From: an uncultured Acidobacteriota bacterium
Lineage (GTDB): Bacteria > Acidobacteriota > UBA6911
NCBI GenBank assembly: GCA_963827655.1
Contig: CAWHCF010000014.1
Span: 32,001-96,000 of the forward strand
Reading direction: 5' to 3'
Length of the DNA: 64,000 nucleotides
The translations under genes and the position numbers were made by a program. Within the stretch, counting starts at the first letter, position 1. Every line of letters begins with the position of its first letter. Positions 1 through 8,267 of the stretch are shown here, in pieces. Under the pieces are notes generated by a model. The model ran no database searches. It was not told where the DNA came from and worked only from the letters and a program-made list of their open reading frames with translations.

Positions 1-280
1 GTAGGATGTCCTTGGGTTCCTCCACGATGCAGATCGTGTCAGGATTGCGATGCGTGCTGGCGCAATAGTGACATGGATCCCGGTCGGACAGATTGTTGCA
101 TCGAGAACAGTAGCGGATCTTGTCCTTCACCTCCAGAATCGCCTGGCTCAGGCGCGCAACGTCTTCTCGCGGGCGGCGCAGGATGTTGTACGCCAGACGC
201 TGCGCGGTTTTCTGCCCTATCCCAGGTAACTTGCGGAATTCGTCGATCAGCCGCTCGATCGGCTCTGCGTAGTCACTCAT
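1..280 (-). CDS. recR: Recombination mediator RecR (5' part; runs off the window start)
   Basis: Manual translation from ATG at 280: MSDYAEPIERLIDEFRKLPGIGQKTAQRLAYNIL...CSRCNNLSDRDPCHYC...ICIVEEPKDIL. This has the HhH motif, C4 zinc finger and start of the Toprim domain. The start overlaps the dnaX stop (ATGA). Confidence 0.95.
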   Translation of the reverse strand, partial: MSDYAEPIERLIDEFRKLPGIGQKTAQRLAYNILRRPREDVARLSQAILEVKDKIRYCSRCNNLSDRDPCHYCASTHRNPDTICIVEEPKDIL

Positions 281-1956
281 GAATCTATTTCCTCAGCCTT
301 CACCGGGCCAGGAAATCTATCCAGGAAAGACTGCACTATGGGTTCGCGCCTGGCCCGTTCCAGTATGTCGGTCAGCGGGGGCGCCGCAGCGGCGGCCTTG
401 GCCGGAGATCCCAGTTCATGGAGGAAACTGACCGTGATTGAACGCCCGGCGATCTGGGAGGCGGCTTGCGCGATGGACGAGATGTTTTCCCTGATCTGAC
501 GCCGAAAGAATTCATTGAGCCGAGTGAGATCCAGGACGAGGGAATCGTCTTTCAGCTCGGCCTGAGGGAGAGCCCGCAGCGCGGATTCGAGCGACTCCTT
601 TTGCACCGCAGCCGCAATTTTCTGCAACAGATCTTGCGGCGGGAGTTGTTCCATTGGAGACGGCTCGGACGTCCTGGTCGAACTGCTGGCAGCATCCGAG
701 GAACCGACGATTGCACCCCCTTTGCGAGGCTTGGCCGCCCGTGAAGGCTCTTTCTCGACCGGAGACCCGGAGGTTCCCGGCGCCGTCTCGGTTCCCGACG
801 GCCCCGGGAGATTTCCTTTAACGAAAGCCGAAAACTCGGCGATCAAGGTCTCCAGTGAACGCACCCGCGGCAGCTGGGCCAGTTCAATCAGCCCCATTTC
901 CAATTGAAAGCGCGTATTGGTGGCGTCCTTAAGATCACCTTCCGTTTTCAAGAGGGCATCAAAAATCCTCAGCAGATCTTCAGTGCTGAACAGCTCCGCT
1001 TGCTCACGCAATTCCGGCACAAGGCTTTCAGGCACTCCCAGCACCTGGAGATCCGTGACGCCGGCCTTGAACACCATCAAGTTGCGGAACTGTCCGAGCA
1101 GCCGCCGGCTAAAATTCCGCAAATCCTGTCCCGCCTCGACCACATCGCCCACCACGTGCAGTATCTTGTCGGAGTCGTTGCGGGCGATGGCGCGGACGGT
1201 ATCGCCCAGGACCGAAGGCTCCACCAACCCGAGAAGCATGATCACGTCCTGATCCCGGACCTCTTCTCCGCTGAACGCAATCACCTGATCGAGCGCCGAC
1301 ATCGCATCGCGCATGCTGCCGCCGCTCGAAAACGTGATTTGTTCCAGCGCCGGGACACTGATCCGGATGTTCTCGCGCCGGGCGATTTCGGTCAGCCGGC
1401 CCAGGATCAGCGGAAACGGAATCAGCTTGAAATTGTACTGCTGGCAACGCGACAGAATGGTAGCCGGGATCTTGTGATACTCCGTGGTCGCCATGATGAA
1501 AATCACGTGGGGCGGCGGCTCTTCGAGAGTCTTCAGCAGGGCGTTGAATGCCGGTTCCGGGGTGAGCATGTGGACTTCATCGATGATGAAGATCTTGTTG
1601 CGGTCGCGGGCCGGTTTGTAGCGGACTTCCTCCCGCAGTTCCCGGATCTCATCGATGCCCCGGTTGGAGGCAGCATCGATCTCCAACACGTCCATGCAAT
1701 TACCCGCAGCAATCTCGTTGCAGGCCACACATTGCCCGCAGGGCTCGCCGGCATTGCTTTGGTGACAATTCAAAGCTTTGGCCAGGATCCTGGCCGTCGT
1801 GGTCTTACCGCTGCCTCGGGGACCGGAAAACAAGAAGGCGTGGGCGACACGCCCGAGCTTGAGGGCGTTCAGCAAGGTCTGCGAAACGTGTTCCTGTCCT
1901 ACTAAGTCGTGGAAGTTCTGAGGTCGCCACTTCCGGGCCAGAACCTGATATTGCAT
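277..1956 (-). CDS. dnaX: DNA polymerase III subunit gamma/tau
   Basis: MQYQVLARKWRPQ start, Walker A GPRGSGKTT, zinc cysteines, EIDAASNRG, DEVHML, SRC motif. Start trimmed to the ATG at 1956. Confidence 0.97.
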   Translation of the reverse strand: MQYQVLARKWRPQNFHDLVGQEHVSQTLLNALKLGRVAHAFLFSGPRGSGKTTTARILAKALNCHQSNAGEPCGQCVACNEIAAGNCMDVLEIDAASNRGIDEIRELREEVRYKPARDRNKIFIIDEVHMLTPEPAFNALLKTLEEPPPHVIFIMATTEYHKIPATILSRCQQYNFKLIPFPLILGRLTEIARRENIRISVPALEQITFSSGGSMRDAMSALDQVIAFSGEEVRDQDVIMLLGLVEPSVLGDTVRAIARNDSDKILHVVGDVVEAGQDLRNFSRRLLGQFRNLMVFKAGVTDLQVLGVPESLVPELREQAELFSTEDLLRIFDALLKTEGDLKDATNTRFQLEMGLIELAQLPRVRSLETLIAEFSAFVKGNLPGPSGTETAPGTSGSPVEKEPSRAAKPRKGGAIVGSSDAASSSTRTSEPSPMEQLPPQDLLQKIAAAVQKESLESALRALPQAELKDDSLVLDLTRLNEFFRRQIRENISSIAQAASQIAGRSITVSFLHELGSPAKAAAAAPPLTDILERARREPIVQSFLDRFPGPVKAEEIDS

Positions 1957-1968
1957 AGGATGAAGGGC

Positions 1969-2070
1969 CGGACCCCGGGAGACCTGCGGCACATATAACA
2001 TTCCTCTTAATGCTGCTTCCTTCCGGACCTGACATGGTTCGAGGGTTATATTGCACAGGGCCCGAGGCCC
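1969..2070 (-). ncRNA. ffs: Signal recognition particle 4.5S RNA
   Basis: The minus strand reads GAACCATGTCAGGTCCGGAAGGAAGCAGCATTAAG (SRP helix 8 with GGAA loop). The ends pair (GGGCCTCGGG / CCCGGGGTCC), and the position upstream of dnaX is typical. Confidence 0.93.
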
Positions 2071-2103
2071 GCTACTGGTACGATCCGCAAACCGACCCAA
2101 TGA

Positions 2104-2187
2104 TACCGCAAAGGCGCGAAGACACAAAGAAATCACAGGCACGTGTAATTATTCTGCGTTTCTTCGCGTGGTTGCGTCTTCGTGGTA
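2104..2187. repeat. Family-A intergenic hairpin (GACACGAAG-type ~9-mer arms)
   Basis: TACCGCAAAGGCGCGAAGACACAAAGAAA ... TTTCTTCGCGTGGTTGCGTCTTCGTGGTA are inverted arms. Confidence 0.75.
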
Positions 2188-2271
2188 GAGTTTAAGGCGT
2201 CCGATCCGGTCCAGAGTTTGTTCGCCCCAACCCGCGAGAGAAACGTTTATTCCTGAGGTGTGCGGCGGCAG

Positions 2272-2838
2272 ATGGAATTCCAGAGCTTCGATCAAGAATA
2301 TGTGCGGCGGCTCACCGAGGGTGATCGCTTTGTCGAAAACGATTTCACCGCTTATTTCAGCGAGCTGCTTCTATTGAAGCTTCGACGGCGCCTCCGGTCG
2401 CCGGAACTCCTCGAAGACGTCATGCAGGAAACCCTGCTCCGAGTCCTGCAGACGCTCCGGGTCAAGGGGGGGCTTCAACATCCGGAGCGGCTGGGCGCCT
2501 TCGTCAATTCGGTGTGCAACAATGTTCTTCTTGAACACCTTCGCAGTGAGCGAAAATACAACACCCGGGGCGAAGAGGCTCCCGATATCGTCGACGTGCG
2601 GATCGACCTGGACGCTCCGCTGGTCGACCTGGATCGCACGCGGCAGGTCAAGCAAGTACTGGATGGACTCTCTGATAAGGATCGTAAACTGCTGAGAATG
2701 ATCTATTTCGAAGAAAGGGACAAAGACGAGGTCTGCCGGGAATTAGGTGTCGATTCCGCTTATCTGCGGGTGCTGGTACACCGCGCGAAAACGCGTTTTC
2801 GCGATAACATGGTAAAGCACAAGATAAGGGTCATTTAG
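2272..2838 (+). CDS. ECF-type RNA polymerase sigma factor
   Basis: Sigma2 region (EDVMQETLLRV...GAFVNSVCNN) and sigma4 HTH (LSDKDRKLLRMIY...EVCRELGVDSAYLRVLVHRAKTR). ATG at 2272. Confidence 0.9.
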   Translation: MEFQSFDQEYVRRLTEGDRFVENDFTAYFSELLLLKLRRRLRSPELLEDVMQETLLRVLQTLRVKGGLQHPERLGAFVNSVCNNVLLEHLRSERKYNTRGEEAPDIVDVRIDLDAPLVDLDRTRQVKQVLDGLSDKDRKLLRMIYFEERDKDEVCRELGVDSAYLRVLVHRAKTRFRDNMVKHKIRVI

Positions 2839-2861
2839 CATGGATCCTCAATGCAATCTTC

Positions 2862-2891
2862 GTGAAACGTCTCGGATGGTAAGTTCACAAT
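2862..2891 (+). promoter_or_regulatory. Candidate ECF sigma promoter, copy 1 (GTGAAACG-N15-TCACAAT)
   Basis: ECF-like -35 'GAAAC' and -10 element 19 nt before the anti-sigma ATG. The same motif with the same spacing recurs at 6846-6875. Confidence 0.6.
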
Positions 2892-2909
2892 AGGGGTGAG
2901 ACGAGAACA

Positions 2910-3596
2910 ATGGATCACGAAGAGGCTCTACGAATTCAGGCGCCGGAAAAATACCTCCTCGGGGAGTTCTCCGACCTGGAGCGTGATCAATTCGAGGAGC
3001 ACTTCTTCACCTGTCAAGCATGCGCAGCCGAAGTACGAGCCGGCGCAGTCTTCGAAGCCAACGCGCGGGCCCTGTTCGCGGACGAAGCGCGGCGATCTTT
3101 CGCGCCGAAAGACGCCGCAAGGCCCGCCGCGAAAGTGAGCTGGCGGGACTGGCTGGGGCTTCGACCCGTCCTCGCTGCATCGTGGGCGGTCTCATTGCTG
3201 CTGCTGGCCGGCACTACTTACCAGGCGCTTGTTTACCGCAGCCGGCTGGCGGAGATGAACGCGCCCCAAGCGTTTGCGCCCTTGCTCTTGCGCGCCGATA
3301 CCAGGGGCGACGATCGGGCCGTAAAGCTGACTGAAAGCTCGAGGTTCTTTAGCCTGGGAGTCCAGTTGCCTCCCGAGCTTGATTCCCCCACGTATGAGTG
3401 CCAGATTCTCAGCGAGGCCGGATCTCCCCTCTTTGCTATTTCCTCCCCGGCTCCGGCGCCTGGCATGCCGTTGTATATTCTGATTCCTGCTTCACAATTT
3501 CATTCCGGTCGATATAAGCTGTCTGTTCTTGGATCGCAGCAGGGTTCGGGGCTGCGTGAAAGCGCCACATACGGATTCGTAGTCCAACGCGAATGA
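2910..3596 (+). CDS. Membrane anti-sigma factor with zf-HC2/ZAS domain
   Basis: FEEHFFTCQAC (HxxxCxxC), one hydrophobic helix (LAASWAVSLLLLAG) and a C-terminal extracytoplasmic beta domain. It directly follows the ECF sigma. Confidence 0.88.
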   Translation: MDHEEALRIQAPEKYLLGEFSDLERDQFEEHFFTCQACAAEVRAGAVFEANARALFADEARRSFAPKDAARPAAKVSWRDWLGLRPVLAASWAVSLLLLAGTTYQALVYRSRLAEMNAPQAFAPLLLRADTRGDDRAVKLTESSRFFSLGVQLPPELDSPTYECQILSEAGSPLFAISSPAPAPGMPLYILIPASQFHSGRYKLSVLGSQQGSGLRESATYGFVVQRE

Positions 3597-3606
3597 GGAC
3601 AGGAAA

Positions 3607-4312
3607 ATGTCGAGAAATGAAAAAACTGAAGCGTATCTCTATCGGGGCGAAGCTTTCGCGTTAGGAGGGTATCTCACCAACCCGTTTTACGAAAGCATCG
3701 AGACTCAGGCGGCAAGTGTGCTTTCCCCTACGGGGGGATACAGCTCCGCGCGTGTTGAAGACTTTCGCTACAAAGAATTCTTTTCCTTCAGCCGCGCGTC
3801 TACCCAGGTAATCGGCAGCTATAACGAACCGGGATATGAATTCAACACGCTGATGACGGCGACCATCGAAAACCTGAATATTCTGAACATGGTCACCGCC
3901 GACCTGGTTTCCTGCCGCCTGTCAATCGTGTACAAGGGAGACCCTACCAAACCGGAAAAACCGTCAGTCAATCCCTCCGGGAGTTTTTTTGTGAACCTTC
4001 GGATCGGTGGGAAGCCTTTTGACCCTAATGTTCCGAGCGCCCTCAGCCAGTCAGAGATGGCGGAACTCCTGGCCAAGTTGCGCAAGGACGCCAATGGCAA
4101 GAGGCGTCAGGGCTACGCTTGCCCGGAACGAACTGCTGCAGAAGGGGCCTCTTTTGATCCCGCAGTTCGGGTCCATCTTCATTGCCGATTGGCTCGATGA
4201 CGAGTATGCACCGCGCCTGACGATGTTCCGGATCGAGCTGGGATGTACGCCGGAAGGGAGAATCTCGGGAGCGGGTGTCGGCAATGGGAGCGGAGGATGG
4301 CCTTCAACCTGA
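3607..4312 (+). CDS. Beta-rich hypothetical protein (choice-of-anchor P-like); frameshift near 4100
   Basis: ORF 3607-4200 continues plausibly in the 4007-4312 frame (...LLIPQFGSIFIADW...RLTMFRIELGC...GNGSGGWPST). The stop overlaps the CHAT gene start. Confidence 0.6.
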
Positions 4313-6810
4313 TTGTAAGGTCCCTCGTTCTCCTTTCGCTACTGGCTGCCTGCAGAGGCCGGCCCCCTACAACCGAGGCGCTGTTCCAGGACGCGCGCAA
4401 AGCTTTCAACACCGGAAATCTTGAACTGGCCGGCCGGCTCGCCGCGCAGGGTCTCGGCCTCCGGCACGTCCAACCCGGCACTCTCTGGCACCATCGATTC
4501 CTTCTCCTTCAATCAGAAATCCTTTTCGTCCAAGGCAAGAACGACGACGCCCTGGCTCTTCTTCCCAAAACAATCCCGAACAATTCCGGTCTTACCGAGA
4601 TAGGGATTCGATCCCTCATCATACGAGCCCGAATCCAGTATCGGAACCGGCAATACCAGGAAGCAGACCGTTTGCTGACTCAAGCGAAAGAGCTGGCTAT
4701 GGAAAGCGGTTCTTCCCTTCTCCTGGCCGAGGTCGCTCTTCGCCGAGGTTACTTGCATAGCCTGCAGAACAATTTTGCCGAGGCTGAAGAGTGCTACCGC
4801 TCTGCCTACCGAGGCGCTCTCGAGGGAAGGGATCCTTTCCTTCAGATCGAAGCTCTTGGAAATCTTGGATTCAACCTGGTACAGAATTCCAGGTACGACG
4901 AAGCCATCCCCAAGTTTGAACTAGCCCTGCAAGCGGCGGAACAGGCCGGGGATCGAAGGTCCGTCGCCCGAAGCTGGGGAAACCTCGGCACCTGTTACTA
5001 CCAGCTGGGAGACTTTGAAAAAGCTCTCGAGCTTCTGAAACGAGGCGAGTCACTGGCGGCCGAATTAAAGCTCGAATGGGATCGTCAGAACTGGCTCGGA
5101 AACATCGGCGACGTTCACTACGAACGCGGGAATCATGAAAACGCCATTTCATACTTCGAAAAGGCGCTGAAAGTCGCGCGCGAACTCTCCGATCCCACGT
5201 GGACGGCGAACTGGCTCAATAATCTCTCAATCGTGCAACGCGACAAAGGCGACCTGGGAGCCGCCGAGAGATACAATCACGAGTCTCAGAATATCCAGGA
5301 GGGCATCAAGGACAAAAACATCGAATTCTACCTTCTGACGCTCGCCAATGGCGCCCAGATCAAATTCACAAAGGGCCAGTTTCCCGAAGCCGAGAGTATT
5401 TATCTCAGAGTCCTCGAGAAGGCCACAGATCTGAAAATTCCACAATCTCAATGGTTGGCCCACGTCGATCTCGGCACTCTCTATGCACGTATCGGGCAAT
5501 CCTCCAGGGCGGAATCGCACTTCGAAAGTGCGCTTTCCACGGTTGAGAACGTACGCAGCGGTCTTCGTCGAGACGAATTCAAGATTACTTTCCAATCCCG
5601 GTTGATAGATCTCTACCAGAATTACATCGACTTTCTCATGAGAGAGGGAAGAATCGAGAAAGCCCTGGAGGCTGCCGAGTCGAATCGGGCCCTGGTTCTT
5701 GCGGAAAAACTGGGGCTCGAGCGAAAGTCATTGCTTTGGGCGCAGATTCCAAAACTGCGGCAGCTAGCCCGGCGCCTTGACGCCGTTCTCCTTTCATACT
5801 GGTTGGCGCCCAAATCTTCCTTTCTGTGGGTCGTTACGCCAAACGCCATCCGCTCTTTCATCCTGCCCGGTGAGCCTAAGATCAGGCGGCTGGTGGAGGC
5901 TCATGGGAATGTCATCAGGAACTCGCCGGATCCGATAGCCGACTCCGACTCGACGGCGGCAGATCTTTATGACGCCCTGGTGGCTCCGGCCTCGCAGTTG
6001 ATCCCGCCGGGCAGCCGGGTGCTTCTGGTGCCCGACGGCTGCCTTCATGACCTGAACTTTGAAACCCTGCGAGTCAGTCCGGGGCGATCACGCTACTGGA
6101 TCGAGGATGTCACGATTGTCGTTGCGCCGTCGCTGGCGGTGCTCGACACCGCGTCCAGCCCTCGGCCCGCGCCATCGAAACCGCTGTTATTGATCGGTGA
6201 CGCTGTTCCCGTAAGCGACGAATTTCCGCGCCTGAAAGCTGCGATACCGGAGATTGAGAGCATCAAAAGCTATTTTGATGAACCGACGGTTCTAACCGGC
6301 CCGAAGGCGAATCCGGGCGCCTACGGGGAATCGCGCCCCGAGCTCTTTCGGCTGATTCACTTTTCCGCCCATGCCACGGCCAATCGCCAGAGCCCACTGA
6401 ATTCGGCCGTGATCCTTTCGCCTCAATCAGACTCATTCAAGCTTTACGCGCACGACGTGATGAAATTTCGCCTGCGGGCCGAGATAGTGACGATCTCCGC
6501 CTGTCATGGCGCCGGCGCCAGATCCTATTCGGGCGAAGGGCTGGTCGGATTCATGTGGGCCTTCCTGCAAGCCGGGGCGCGGAATGTGATCGCCGGCCTT
6601 TGGGATGTCAATGACCGCTCGACGGCCGAAATGATGAGCGATTTCTACGCCCACGTGAAAGGCGGCAAGAGTCCGGCGGACGCGCTCCGTTTCGCGAAGC
6701 TTGACATGCTCAAGGCTGACAACGCCTACCGCCGGCCTTATTACTGGGCCCCTTTTCAACTCTTCACGCGATCCAATCCCTTTACCAATCGGTGGACGGC
6801 CAGCCGCTGA
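4297..6810 (+). CDS. Lipoprotein TPR-CHAT (caspase HetF-associated) protease
   Basis: Start MAFNLIVRSLVLLSLLAAC has a lipobox. Many TPR repeats follow, then a CHAT domain with the catalytic dyad IHFSAHA / ISACHG and the C-terminal motifs LWDVND and PYYWAPF. Confidence 0.92.
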   Translation: MAFNLIVRSLVLLSLLAACRGRPPTTEALFQDARKAFNTGNLELAGRLAAQGLGLRHVQPGTLWHHRFLLLQSEILFVQGKNDDALALLPKTIPNNSGLTEIGIRSLIIRARIQYRNRQYQEADRLLTQAKELAMESGSSLLLAEVALRRGYLHSLQNNFAEAEECYRSAYRGALEGRDPFLQIEALGNLGFNLVQNSRYDEAIPKFELALQAAEQAGDRRSVARSWGNLGTCYYQLGDFEKALELLKRGESLAAELKLEWDRQNWLGNIGDVHYERGNHENAISYFEKALKVARELSDPTWTANWLNNLSIVQRDKGDLGAAERYNHESQNIQEGIKDKNIEFYLLTLANGAQIKFTKGQFPEAESIYLRVLEKATDLKIPQSQWLAHVDLGTLYARIGQSSRAESHFESALSTVENVRSGLRRDEFKITFQSRLIDLYQNYIDFLMREGRIEKALEAAESNRALVLAEKLGLERKSLLWAQIPKLRQLARRLDAVLLSYWLAPKSSFLWVVTPNAIRSFILPGEPKIRRLVEAHGNVIRNSPDPIADSDSTAADLYDALVAPASQLIPPGSRVLLVPDGCLHDLNFETLRVSPGRSRYWIEDVTIVVAPSLAVLDTASSPRPAPSKPLLLIGDAVPVSDEFPRLKAAIPEIESIKSYFDEPTVLTGPKANPGAYGESRPELFRLIHFSAHATANRQSPLNSAVILSPQSDSFKLYAHDVMKFRLRAEIVTISACHGAGARSYSGEGLVGFMWAFLQAGARNVIAGLWDVNDRSTAEMMSDFYAHVKGGKSPADALRFAKLDMLKADNAYRRPYYWAPFQLFTRSNPFTNRWTASR

Positions 6811-6845
6811 GTCTCTCTTACCCCGGGAGGTCCATTGCGATTGGG

Positions 6846-6875
6846 GTGAAACGCGGAAAGGGCACTTCTCACTAT
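6846..6875 (+). promoter_or_regulatory. Candidate ECF sigma promoter, copy 2 (GTGAAACG-N15-TCACTAT)
   Basis: Same 8-mer, same 15-nt spacer and near-identical -10 as 2862-2891. Confidence 0.6.
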
Positions 6876-6881
6876 TCAGAT

Positions 6882-6981
6882 GGAGAGACGGCGCGTCCCT
6901 TCCCGGCCTAGCCTAGTAACCTCCGAGAGCCGCAGCAACGCCCTTCAGCCAAACGCATCTGGTTTTTCGCGCCGTCTTTCC
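6882..6981 (+). ncRNA. Candidate ~100-nt structured sRNA or leader
   Basis: GGAGAGACGGCGCG (6882-6895) pairs with CGCGCCGTCTTTCC (6968-6981), 14 bp with one G-U. The stem begins at the expected TSS of the upstream motif. Confidence 0.4.
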
Positions 6982-7084
6982 CGTATTACAAGTAAACTGT
7001 GTCGCCGCAACTTTTCGTCAAGAACGCTAAGGAGACGGGGTCCCTGCTCCCTCGGTGCTTAACCAAACCGGGGATTCTCTCCCG

Positions 7085-7118
7085 CGTACACGTTCCCGTT
7101 TCCGTTCCCGTTCTCCGG
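7085..7118. repeat. Hexamer (CGTTCC)n left arm flanking the four-helix-bundle gene
   Basis: CGTACACGTTCCCGTTTCCGTTCCCGTTCTCCGG; its inverted counterpart is at 7491-7523. Confidence 0.8.
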
Positions 7119-7133
7119 CGGTATCCTATCGCA

Positions 7134-7490
7134 ATGCCATTTGATCATGAGCGTCTCGATGTCTACCATGTGGCCTTGGACTTCCTGACGCTGGCCGATG
7201 AAGTCAAAGAGCACCTGCCACGAGGGCGCAGCCACCTCGCGGATCAACTGACGCGGGCATCCACCTCCATTGTGCTCAATATCGCCGAAGGTAGTGGCAA
7301 GTTCTCCCGGCCGGACAAGCGCCGCTATTATCTAAGCGCCAGTGGGTCAGCGACCGAATCTGCAGCCATACTTGACGTTTGCTTACGGCTCAAGCTCATC
7401 GACGCATACCAGCATGAGACCGGCAAGGCGATGCTCGAACGCATCGTGTCGATGCTGATTAAGCTTGCCAAGCGCCTCGACATGGATTGA
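7134..7490 (+). CDS. Four helix bundle protein (23S rRNA IVP / bAvd-like family)
   Basis: MPFDHERLDVY...LADQLTRASTSIVLNIAEG...RYYLSASGSATE are the family hallmarks. Confidence 0.93.
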   Translation: MPFDHERLDVYHVALDFLTLADEVKEHLPRGRSHLADQLTRASTSIVLNIAEGSGKFSRPDKRRYYLSASGSATESAAILDVCLRLKLIDAYQHETGKAMLERIVSMLIKLAKRLDMD

Positions 7491-7523
7491 TCGGGAACGT
7501 GGACGGGAACGGGAACGAGGACG
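7491..7523. repeat. Hexamer (GGAACG)n right arm flanking the four-helix-bundle gene
   Basis: TCGGGAACGTGGACGGGAACGGGAACGAGGACG lies immediately after the stop and is the reverse complement of the left arm. Confidence 0.8.
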
Positions 7524-7621
7524 TTCCCCTAACGGTCAAGGCCTGCGGCTGCCTTCTGTCCTTTAAACTCCGGGCCTGACGTTGTATGATCCAACCCCCT
7601 TAAGAATGGTGAGAAAACGAC

Positions 7622-8233
7622 ATGGCCGAAAGAGATTCATTTGCCGATCGGAAGCGTGGACAGGAGGAGGAATACTTTCACAAGAAGGAAAAAGAGCTGA
7701 TCGAGAAAATGCGGCAACGATCCGCAATGGAGGCCAAGCGGGACGAACTGATTCAAGCTGTCGGTGTCGCTGACCCGAAAATTCTGGAGGATCTCCAGGA
7801 ACTGGGTTACACACGCGAAACGGTAGGGCTCCTTCACCTCCTTCCACTCGTACGCATTGCCTGGGCCGAAGGAAAGATCACCAAGGCCGAGAGCGACCTC
7901 ATCTTCGAAGCGGCCCGCGTGCGCGGCGTCCTGCCCGGAAGCCCGGCGTACGAGAAACTGACCGAATGGCTCAATCGCCGGCCCAAGGAGGAATTCTTCG
8001 ACAAGACCATGCGGGTCATCCGGGCCATCCTGATGGTGTTGCCCGAGGGAGAGCTAGAGACCAGCAAACGTGACCTGCTTTCCTACTGCACTCGAGTGGC
8101 CGAGGCGTCAGGCGGGATTCTGGGAATGGGGCGCAAGATAGACGACAAGGAACGCGCCCTTCTCGAGGAGATCGCGGGAATGCTGGAGCAGAGTCACAAG
8201 TCTGCAGCGAAGGAAGTGCTGGACCAGAAATGA
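7622..8233 (+). CDS. Hypothetical protein: IF1/zeta-like N-terminal helix plus TerB-like domain
   Basis: N-terminus DSFADRKRGQEEEYFHKKEKELIEKMR. TerB-like motifs IAWAEGKITKAE and VAEASGG...IDDKERALLEEI. Confidence 0.65.
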   Translation: MAERDSFADRKRGQEEEYFHKKEKELIEKMRQRSAMEAKRDELIQAVGVADPKILEDLQELGYTRETVGLLHLLPLVRIAWAEGKITKAESDLIFEAARVRGVLPGSPAYEKLTEWLNRRPKEEFFDKTMRVIRAILMVLPEGELETSKRDLLSYCTRVAEASGGILGMGRKIDDKERALLEEIAGMLEQSHKSAAKEVLDQK

Positions 8234-8267
8234 CCTTGTTCCCGGGCGCCCTGGCGGTGGAGCTTCG

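Noticed and set aside
277-1956. Programmed -1 frameshift producing DnaX gamma
   Set aside because: I saw no AAAAAAG slippery site or long A-run in the linker region.
1957-2142. N-terminal extension of DnaX
   Set aside because: It overlaps the SRP RNA gene; the conserved DnaX start is at 1956.
6880-7062. 60-aa ORF after the CHAT gene
   Set aside because: It has no RBS or recognisable motif and overlaps the hairpin. A leaderless peptide cannot be excluded but is unsupported.
7134-7490. Diversity-generating retroelement (Avd-like gene)
   Set aside because: There is no reverse transcriptase and no TR/VR pair with adenine-specific mismatches. The mismatches between the permease 3' ends are few and synonymous.
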